From an uncultured Candidatus Peribacteria bacterium (GTDB lineage: Bacteria > Patescibacteriota > Gracilibacteria > Peribacterales > Peribacteraceae): a DNA stretch of 64,000 nucleotides. Both the position numbers and the translations under genes were made by a program. Shown here piece by piece: positions 1-6,293 of this stretch. Location: NCBI GenBank assembly GCA_964641555.1, contig CAZXKA010000002.1:10033-74032 (forward strand), in the 5' to 3' direction. The notes below the pieces were generated by a model, which was not told the origin of the DNA, did no database searches, and saw only the letters and a list, made by a program, of their open reading frames with translations. The stretch's first letter is position 1; the number at the start of each line of letters is the position of its first letter.

Positions 1-909
1 GATCGCGTCGAGCGAATATCCGCTGCGCGTCGTGCGCGCGAAGCCCGCGGGAGGAACCGGCGGAACGTCGCCGTCGGCCAAGAGCGATTGCGGCGGCATC
101 ACGACCTCACCCGCATAGGTCCAAGCATCCTCTGCGCGCGTCCAATCCTGGACTTCGTAGGCGGGGACGGTGAACAGGAAATGTTCGTGGCGGTAGAGGA
201 TGTCGCCGGCGGCTGCGGATGCGACCGATGGCGAGAGGCCAAGGAGGCCAAAGAAGCCGACGAGAATCAGCATGCGGCGTTGAGCGTCTCTGTAGCGATC
301 TCCCGGCAAAGGCGTTCGCTCGAAGATGTGCGGAGGATGCACCGGCTTGGGATGTTCCATGGGATTGGGCAATTCATCGAGCGCGCGGTTCACGAGCGCA
401 TCCGCACGGTAGTTGTCCTCGCGGGGGATATGGACGAAGACGACGTCGGGGAGGTCGTTCGCGAGTTCCTGTACTTCATCGACGAGCGGCTGGAGCGTTG
501 GCATCTTCACCTTGTACTCGCCGTTCACTTGCTTCACGACGAGTTCGCTATCGAGATGCGCGATGAGACGGTTCGGTTGGAACGCCCGCGCGAGTTCAAG
601 ACCCTTGATGAGCGCCCGGTACTCCGCGACGTTGTTCGTTTCCTGCCCGATGCGTTCAAAGTGCTCTTTCAGCACGGTGCCGCTCACGGGATCCTCGATG
701 ATGCAGGCGATGGCGGCGTGCCCCGGGTTTCCGCGCGAGCCGCCGTCGCTGAAGAGGTGGAGCGTTCCGCCGATCTGCACCGGCAAATCGTCCGACTTCG
801 TTGTGGCCAGCGCTTCCTCCACGAGGTTCGTGACGAATTGCTCGCGGTCTCTTGCACGAGGAAAGAGTTCTTGGAGACGCCGTTCGAGTGCTGCCGGAAG
901 ACGAAGCAT
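1..909 (-). CDS. RNase HI-domain protein. Only the N-terminal 303 codons are in the window. The RNase H core is followed by a predicted TM helix and a further region.
   Basis: This ORF is absent from the ORF track because it has no stop inside the window. Hand translation from ATG 909-907 gives MLRLPAALERRLQELF..LHLFSDGGSRGNPGHAAIACIIED..NNVAEYRALIKGLELA..LDSELVVKQVNGEYKVK..REDNYRADALVNRAL, which has the D-E-D-D order of type 1 RNase H. It continues into MLILVGFFGLLGLSPSVASAAA. There are no tta/cta/tca triplets in this frame down to nt 1. Confidence 0.75.
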   Translation of the reverse strand, partial: MLRLPAALERRLQELFPRARDREQFVTNLVEEALATTKSDDLPVQIGGTLHLFSDGGSRGNPGHAAIACIIEDPVSGTVLKEHFERIGQETNNVAEYRALIKGLELARAFQPNRLIAHLDSELVVKQVNGEYKVKMPTLQPLVDEVQELANDLPDVVFVHIPREDNYRADALVNRALDELPNPMEHPKPVHPPHIFERTPLPGDRYRDAQRRMLILVGFFGLLGLSPSVASAAAGDILYRHEHFLFTVPAYEVQDWTRAEDAWTYAGEVVMPPQSLLADGDVPPVPPAGFARTTRSGYSLDAI

Positions 910-920
910 GACGATAGAAT

Positions 921-974
921 ACAGAAGCAGAGAGCAGAAGCAGAATCTGCTTCTCCTTCTACATTCTGCTTCTA
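921..974. repeat. Nested inverted repeat of the AGAAGCAGA/TCTGCTTCT family (copy 1)
   Basis: AGAAGCAGA 923-931 pairs with TCTGCTTCT 965-973 (9 bp), and GAAGCAG 937-943 pairs with CTGCTTC 947-953 (7 bp). The repeat fills the gap between the S41 peptidase stop (972-974) and the RNase H ATG (909). The 19-mer ACAGAAGCAGAGAGCAGAA at 921-939 is identical to 14101-14119. Confidence 0.8.
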
Positions 975-2210
975 CAACAATTCCTGGATTGCTGCATCTA
1001 ATTGCGGATCGCGCTTCGCCTCGAGATCCTCCACCGTCCGATCAATGACGACGTCCGGCGTCACGCCGTGCTTGCCGAGATCCGTGCCCTTGGGCGTCAG
1101 CCACGTGGCCGTCGTTATGCGCAGGCTCGTACCGCCCGGCAAGTCGATCACCTCCTGCACCGTGCCCTTGCCGAAGCTCTGCGTCCCGACGACCCGGGCG
1201 CGGCCGTGGTCCTGCAGCGCGCCCGCCACGATCTCCGACGCCGAAGCACTGCCTTCGTTCTGAAGGATCACGAGCGGGATGTCGGGGAAGAGCGGCGAAC
1301 CGAGCGCGTTGTGGTGATCCTGCGCCTCGCGCCCCGCGACCGTGACCACGCGCCCTTCGCGCAGGAACATCGATGCCAAGTCGATCGCGCCGTCCAGGTA
1401 ACCGCCGCCGTTGTAGCGCAGATCGATGATGAGGCCTTTCACCTTCGAAAGATCGGCGGAGGTCAGAAGACCGCGTACTTCGGGAATCGTCTCGGTGCCG
1501 AACTGGCTGATCGTGAGAAGGCCCACGGATCCGCCGGTGCCTGCTTTTACTTCGTACGTCGCGCTGGGGACGTGGATCGTGTCGCGGACGATCGTCACGG
1601 TCACCGTATCGAAATCGCCTCCTCGCGCGCGGGCGGCTTCAAGCGTGACCGACGTGCCTTTCGGCCCGCGGATTTTTCCGATGACGTCGGGGAGGGGGAG
1701 ACCCGAGACGTCATCGCCGCCGACGTTCATGATGAGATCCTCCGGCAATAATCCGGAGCGCTCGGCCGGCGAACCGGGAATGAGCCGCACGATGCGGACC
1801 ACGCCGTCTTCCACGCTCAATTCGGCGCCGATGCCTTCCAAGTTTCCGTCCAGGCCGTTCACGAATTCGTCGCTCTCCTGCGCGGACATGAATAATGTGT
1901 AGGGGTCGCCGACGGCCGAGACCATCCCGGCCACGGCGCCTTCGACCATCTTCTGGGGATCCATTTCCTCCGGGCGCAGGTAGTGGGCCAGGAGCAACCT
2001 CCAGGTCGTCCACAGCAATTCGATATTCACGTCTTCTTTGGGATTCGCGATGACCGCGCCGCTCTGCGAACGGCCGATGAGCATCTCCTCCAGGCGCTGC
2101 TGCGCCTCGCCGTACTGCACCATCGCGTACCGGTTCCCGAGTTGCCATCCGAGCAGCAGGGTGAACACCGGGACCAAAATGCCGACGAAAATCCGGGTGG
2201 GGCGTGTCAT
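972..2210 (-). CDS. S41 family C-terminal processing peptidase (Ctp-like) with N-terminal TM anchor and PDZ region
   Basis: ORF 972..2702 was trimmed to ATG 2210-2208 (MTRPTRIFVGILVPVFTLLLGW). The motifs NEGSASASEIVAGAL and QSFGKGTVQ are typical of S41 Ser/Lys peptidases. Confidence 0.9.
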   Translation of the reverse strand: MTRPTRIFVGILVPVFTLLLGWQLGNRYAMVQYGEAQQRLEEMLIGRSQSGAVIANPKEDVNIELLWTTWRLLLAHYLRPEEMDPQKMVEGAVAGMVSAVGDPYTLFMSAQESDEFVNGLDGNLEGIGAELSVEDGVVRIVRLIPGSPAERSGLLPEDLIMNVGGDDVSGLPLPDVIGKIRGPKGTSVTLEAARARGGDFDTVTVTIVRDTIHVPSATYEVKAGTGGSVGLLTISQFGTETIPEVRGLLTSADLSKVKGLIIDLRYNGGGYLDGAIDLASMFLREGRVVTVAGREAQDHHNALGSPLFPDIPLVILQNEGSASASEIVAGALQDHGRARVVGTQSFGKGTVQEVIDLPGGTSLRITTATWLTPKGTDLGKHGVTPDVVIDRTVEDLEAKRDPQLDAAIQELL

Positions 2211-2240
2211 GACGTGTGTTCGTGCAGGTACAATCAGCGT

Positions 2241-2807
2241 ATGGGACAGACGATCCATCGCGCAATGCGTGTGCAAGACATTTTGGCGCTGCTGCCAACG
2301 GCGGAACCGCTGCTGGCGGAGTACGGGCTGCACTGCGTCGGGTGCAGCGGCAGCGCCTTTGAAACGTTGGAGGAGGGATATCTGAGCCATGGCTTCGCGG
2401 AAGATCGGCTCGACGATCTCGTGACGGATCTCAACGCGCTCTTCGAACGCCAACCGGAACGGCCGCAGACAATCGAGGTGACCGACACCGCCGCGCGCGC
2501 GTTGGCCGCGATTCTGGAAGCGGAGAACCAAAGCGATCACGTGCTCGTCGTGGGACTCGATGACACCGGCAACTTTTGTCTCGATGTCCTGCCCGACGTC
2601 GCGACGGATCATCTCCTCTTCGGCCATCCCGCCGTCCCCACGCTGAAGCTTGCCGCGTCCCCCGCGACGCTCAAGCGCATCGGCGGAGCGACGATCGATC
2701 ACCGCGAGGGAAGATTTAAGTTGGATTTGCTTGAAGACACTCAGCGAAAAACCTGCGCGTGCGTGGATGGGGGGCTCTGTGGATGCGGCGAATCGTGCGG
2801 TTGCTGA
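2241..2807 (+). CDS. DUF1858-like redox-disulfide domain fused to a HesB/IscA-like domain with a Cys-rich tail
   Basis: ORF 1983..2807 was trimmed to ATG 2241, which has TACAAT (2229-2234) 6 nt upstream. The N-terminus has the CxxC motif LHCVGCSG. The C-terminus ends KTCACVDGGLCGCGESCGC. Confidence 0.7.
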   Translation: MGQTIHRAMRVQDILALLPTAEPLLAEYGLHCVGCSGSAFETLEEGYLSHGFAEDRLDDLVTDLNALFERQPERPQTIEVTDTAARALAAILEAENQSDHVLVVGLDDTGNFCLDVLPDVATDHLLFGHPAVPTLKLAASPATLKRIGGATIDHREGRFKLDLLEDTQRKTCACVDGGLCGCGESCGC

Positions 2808-2813
2808 TTCGGC

Positions 2814-3245
2814 TCAATACGCAAGAACCTCTTCCGGATTGAAAAACCTTTTGATCTCCGCCTCCGCAGCTTCGGGGCTGTCGCTGGCGTGCGCGACGTT
2901 AATCATCTTGCTGTTCTCCGCCTTTGAACCCAGTTCCGCGCGGATGGTGCCGGGCGCCGCGAGCTTGCTGTCCGTCACGCCGAGCATGTCGCGCATTTGG
3001 GCGACGATGCCATCGCCTTCGAGTACGAGCGCGATTACCGGCGCGGAGCGCATGAACGATTCCACCTCGGGGTAGAACGGCTTGTCGGCGATGTGCGCGT
3101 AGTGCTCGCGGAGGATCTCCGGCGTCAGGTGGATCATCTTGCACGCGCGGATCGTGAACCCCGCGTCTTCGAACCGGGCGATGACCTTGCCGCAGAATTT
3201 ACCGCGGACGGCGTCGGGCTTCAGGAGGATGAGCGTGCGTTCCAT
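2814..3245 (-). CDS. ndk: Nucleoside diphosphate kinase
   Basis: ORF 2814..3416 was trimmed to ATG 3245. The sequence MERTLILLKPDAV..NVAHASDSPEAAEAEIKRFF is a classic Ndk fold sequence. Confidence 0.95.
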   Translation of the reverse strand: MERTLILLKPDAVRGKFCGKVIARFEDAGFTIRACKMIHLTPEILREHYAHIADKPFYPEVESFMRSAPVIALVLEGDGIVAQMRDMLGVTDSKLAAPGTIRAELGSKAENSKMINVAHASDSPEAAEAEIKRFFNPEEVLAY

Positions 3246-3300
3246 GGGTTGTATGGTAAAAAGCGGCGGCATTGTGCTCATAAACCGCGCTCGACGCAAG

Positions 3301-3873
3301 TTACTTGCCCAGCAGCTTCGTGCTCGATCGGGAGCGCTTGCCGACGTTGGCGGGCACGCCGCGCAGCAGTTGCCGCATGCACGTGCGATACTTGCCGTCG
3401 TCGTCGACCGGACCACACTTCGCGTTGGCGGCGTCGAGGGTCGCCTTGTCGAGCCTCTTCTCGGTCGCTTTGCGGCCGTCGCCTTCGTCGCGCTTCGTCT
3501 TCTGCTCGGCGAAGAACGCCTTCCGGAAGTCCTGCAGCTGCCGCTGGAATTCCTTGCGCTTCGCGCGCATCTCGACGAGGAACGCCCGCAGGGCCTTCTG
3601 GTAGTCCGATCCGATACCCATGTGGGCGTGGTCGGCCTTCCACTGCGTGATGACCGCGTCTTCCGCGTCGTTGTAGTCGCGCTCCAATTCCTTCCACGCC
3701 TTCAGCGCGTCGGTAATGCAGCGCGCGCGGCTCTTGCCGGACGTGCCTTCGCACGGAACCTCCGTCGGGGCTTGGACGGCGAAGCCCGTCGCCGTTTCGT
3801 CGGCGAACGCGACCGGCGCGGCGGATGCGAAGAGACTGAGAGCGAGGGCGGATGCGGTGAGGCGTGTGATCAT
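3301..3873 (-). CDS. Secreted hypothetical protein (signal peptide, charged helical body)
   Basis: MITRLTASALALSLFASAAPVAFA looks like a signal peptide. The start at 3873 was chosen because TTGCGT-17-GAGAAT lies 7 nt upstream. No family was recognised. Confidence 0.7.
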   Translation of the reverse strand: MITRLTASALALSLFASAAPVAFADETATGFAVQAPTEVPCEGTSGKSRARCITDALKAWKELERDYNDAEDAVITQWKADHAHMGIGSDYQKALRAFLVEMRAKRKEFQRQLQDFRKAFFAEQKTKRDEGDGRKATEKRLDKATLDAANAKCGPVDDDGKYRTCMRQLLRGVPANVGKRSRSSTKLLGK

Positions 3874-3880
3874 GGTTCGC

Positions 3881-3909
3881 ATTCTCACGGTTGTTACGAT
3901 CGTACGCAA
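3881..3909 (-). promoter_or_regulatory. Sigma70-like promoter for the leaderless secreted-protein gene
   Basis: On the minus strand: TTGCGT (3909-3904), 17 nt spacer, GAGAAT (3886-3881), then 7 nt to ATG 3873. Confidence 0.5.
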
Positions 3910-3912
3910 GAA

Positions 3913-5172
3913 TTACGCCAACAACTTCTCCATCGCCTTCTCGTCGTCGCTCTTGCCGATCACCACGAGACGGAGCTCTTCGGGCACGAAGAGCCGCTTG
4001 GCGAGTGCGTCGACGCGCTCTTTCGTCACGTCGTCGATCTTCCGGAAATACTCGGCCGTGTCGCGGATTTCGGGGTAGAGGAGCGCTTGCTTGCCCAGGA
4101 AGTTCGCGCGTTCTTCGCTGTCTTCGAGGCTCAGCGTGATGCGGCCCTTCAGATAATCCTTCGCGCGCTGCAATTCCTCTTCCTCCACGCCGTCCTTCGC
4201 GGCGAGTTCGTACTCGTGGCGGATCGCGGCGATCGCCTCGCCGACGCGCGACTGGTCGATGCCCGCGCGGGTCGAGATGATGCCGGCGTCCAAATAGTTA
4301 TCGGTATCGGTGGCGATGTAGTAGCACATGCCGCGCGCCTCGCGGATGCGCAGGAACATGCGCGAGCTCATGTTGCCGCCCAGGATGATGCCCAGGAGTT
4401 TTTGCGGGAAGTGATCGGGATCCTGCGACGACACGCCCGGCACGCCGAGCACGAGGTGCGCCTGCTCCGTCTGTTTTTTGCGCAGCCAGATGCGCTTGGG
4501 GTTATAGGTCGCAAATGCCGGATACTGCTTGCTCTTGCTGCCCTTCAGATCGCCGAAGAACTGCTTGGCGAATGCCAACGCTTGGTCGCGCGTGATGCGA
4601 CCGGCGAAGGTGATGACGGTGTTGTCGGCCGTGTAGAGCTCATCTTTGTGTCGCTGAAAATCCTTCTGCTGCACGGCGTTGATGACTTCCTCGGTGCCGA
4701 TCGTGTCCCACCCCAACGGGCAATCGCCGAGGAGCAGCTCCTCGAAGTCCCACCCTGCGCGGTACATCGGCGTGTCTTCGTACATGCGCTTTTCCTCGAT
4801 GATCACGCCGCGCTCCTTGTCGATCTCCTCGGGCGGGAAGCTGGCGTGCAGGAGCATGTCGGAGAGGACGTCGCACGCGAGTTCGGTTTTCGGGTGCGCG
4901 ACCTTCACATAGTAGCCCGCGTATTCTTTGCCGGTGAACGCGTTGAAATCGCCTCCCACGCCTTCGATCGCCGCGCTCACCTGCTGCGTGTTCACGTACT
5001 TCTTGCCGCCCTTGAAGAACATGTGTTCCAGGAAGTGGCTGATGCCGCGCTCGCTCTCAGTCTCGTAGCGCGAGCCCGCGCCGCAGAACACGAGGACGGT
5101 GACGGATTCGGTGACGTCGACCGGAGCGGTGAGGACGCGAAGTCCGGAATCGAGCGTATCGATCGTATACAT
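3913..5172 (-). CDS. M16 (pitrilysin/insulinase) family zinc peptidase
   Basis: Full 419 aa ORF with the inverted zinc motif HFLEHMFFKG (HxxEH) near the N-terminus. Confidence 0.9.
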   Translation of the reverse strand: MYTIDTLDSGLRVLTAPVDVTESVTVLVFCGAGSRYETESERGISHFLEHMFFKGGKKYVNTQQVSAAIEGVGGDFNAFTGKEYAGYYVKVAHPKTELACDVLSDMLLHASFPPEEIDKERGVIIEEKRMYEDTPMYRAGWDFEELLLGDCPLGWDTIGTEEVINAVQQKDFQRHKDELYTADNTVITFAGRITRDQALAFAKQFFGDLKGSKSKQYPAFATYNPKRIWLRKKQTEQAHLVLGVPGVSSQDPDHFPQKLLGIILGGNMSSRMFLRIREARGMCYYIATDTDNYLDAGIISTRAGIDQSRVGEAIAAIRHEYELAAKDGVEEEELQRAKDYLKGRITLSLEDSEERANFLGKQALLYPEIRDTAEYFRKIDDVTKERVDALAKRLFVPEELRLVVIGKSDDEKAMEKLLA

Positions 5173-5178
5173 AGATGG

Positions 5179-5613
5179 TTAGGAAAGCGGCCAGAGACGA
5201 AGCATCGCGAACGCGGCGAACACGGTGAGACACGCAAGACCGATGACCGTGCCGATGACCGCGCGCCGGTGGTCGCCCTCCCGCGCGCTCAGGACGATGC
5301 TGAGCCCGCCGTAGAGCAAGCCGACGGCGAGGAGCGGCGTGGGGATCGTCGTCAGCAGCACCTGGCTCCACGGCATCCACAGCCCTTGTCGCCAAAGGAC
5401 CTCCATGCCGAACAGCAGGAGTCCGAGGATGGTGAAGAGGACGGCCGAGAGCTTGTGCAAAAAGTGAATCACGGGCGAAGGATACGTTACTTTGTTTTCT
5501 TCTGCACCGTAATCCTCTTTCGCCCCTGGGCACGTCGCCGCGCGATGACCTGGCGGCCCTTCATCGTCGCTTTGCGCGAGAGGAATCCGTGTTTCCGAAG
5601 CCGGCGGCGCCAT
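5179..5613 (-). CDS. Small membrane protein (3 predicted TM helices); start uncertain
   Basis: The C-terminal 97 aa are hydrophobic (VIHFLHKLSAVLFTILGLLLFGMEV..LACLTVFAAFAMLRLW). ATG 5613 follows a TTGACC-17-TACCCT promoter. An alternative GTG start at 5472 would give a 97 aa protein. Confidence 0.5.
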   Translation of the reverse strand: MAPPASETRIPLAQSDDEGPPGHRAATCPGAKEDYGAEENKVTYPSPVIHFLHKLSAVLFTILGLLLFGMEVLWRQGLWMPWSQVLLTTIPTPLLAVGLLYGGLSIVLSAREGDHRRAVIGTVIGLACLTVFAAFAMLRLWPLS

Positions 5614-5641
5614 TTGAGCTTTCCAAGCATAGTGCTGCGGG

Positions 5642-5670
5642 AGGGTAACGATGCTTACGAAATGGGTCAA
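5642..5670 (-). promoter_or_regulatory. Candidate promoter for the small membrane protein gene
   Basis: On the minus strand: TTGACC (5670-5665), 17 nt spacer, TACCCT (5647-5642). Confidence 0.4.
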
Positions 5671-5676
5671 GCGATT

Positions 5677-5751
5677 AGAGAAGAAGCAGAAAACGGTTAA
5701 AAACGATTTTTTTGCCATAATCACTGCTTCTGCATTCTCCTTCTGCTTCTT
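5677..5751. repeat. AGAAGCAGA/TCTGCTTCT-family inverted repeat (copy 2)
   Basis: AGAAGCAGAA 5682-5691 pairs with TTCTGCTTCT 5741-5750 (10 bp) across a 49 nt spacer that contains an AAAAA-cga-TTTTT mini-hairpin. The right arm abuts the stop codon at 5751-5753 of the adenosyltransferase gene. Confidence 0.75.
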
Positions 5752-6293
5752 TACTCGTACCGTACCGTCTCCTCCGTCACCCCTGCCGCCGCATTGGCCG
5801 TTCGGGCGGCTATAAAGAGCAAATCGCTCAGGCGGTTCAGATAGATGAGGGCTTCGGGGTTGATCGCTTCTTCTTGTGAGAGGGCGACGACGCTGCGTTC
5901 CGCCCGGCGGCAGACGGCCCGGGCTTCATGGAGCAGCGCGCCGCTGCGGTGACCGCTCGGCAAGATGAAATGCGTGAGCGGCGGGAGCTTCGGTTCCATG
6001 CGGCCGATCCACGCGTCGAGCACCGTTACGTGCGACGCCTGGATACGTTCAGTGTGCGCTTTCGTATCCAGCGGCGACGCGATGTCGGCTCCCAACGTGA
6101 AAAGCCGGTGCTGCACCGTCTCGAGCGCGACTTCGACGTCTTTCGGCATCCGCTCGCAGCGCACGACGCCGATCACCGCGTTCAATTCGTCGACGTCGCC
6201 CACGGCCGCGATGCGCAGGTCTGCTTTCGAGACGCGCGTGCCGCCGACCAAACCGGTGGTGCCTTTGTCGCCGGTGCGCGTGACGATGGTCAT
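5751..6293 (-). CDS. PduO-type ATP:cob(I)alamin adenosyltransferase
   Basis: MTIVTRTGDKGTTGLVGG..DVDELNAVIG is the typical N-terminus of the PduO/MMAB family. The gene overlaps pheT by 4 nt. Confidence 0.85.
   Translation of the reverse strand: MTIVTRTGDKGTTGLVGGTRVSKADLRIAAVGDVDELNAVIGVVRCERMPKDVEVALETVQHRLFTLGADIASPLDTKAHTERIQASHVTVLDAWIGRMEPKLPPLTHFILPSGHRSGALLHEARAVCRRAERSVVALSQEEAINPEALIYLNRLSDLLFIAARTANAAAGVTEETVRYE

Noticed and set aside
3246-3300. A weak hairpin GCGG..CCGC followed by TTTTT (minus strand) as a terminator after the secreted-protein gene.
   Set aside because: The stem is only about 4-6 bp with mismatches and a 15 nt loop. That is too weak to report as a feature.
3139-5700. 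Very long ORFs on the strand opposite recognisable genes. Examples are 3139..5700 (+, 853 aa), 6629..8695 (+, 688 aa), 16254..18098 (-, 614 aa), 58464..60695 (+, 743 aa) and 43742..44944 (-, 400 aa).
   Set aside because: Their translations are Arg/Ala/Gly/Asp-rich low-complexity strings with no motifs. They mirror genes with clear family signatures on the other strand. This is the typical shadow-ORF effect in GC-rich DNA.
5179-5724. The full 181-aa version of the small membrane protein ORF (GTG 5724 or ATG 5718).
   Set aside because: The extra N-terminal codons run through the repeat hairpin and the candidate promoter and translate to non-protein-like sequence (MAKKSFLTVFCFFSNRLTHF). ATG 5613, or GTG 5472, is preferred.
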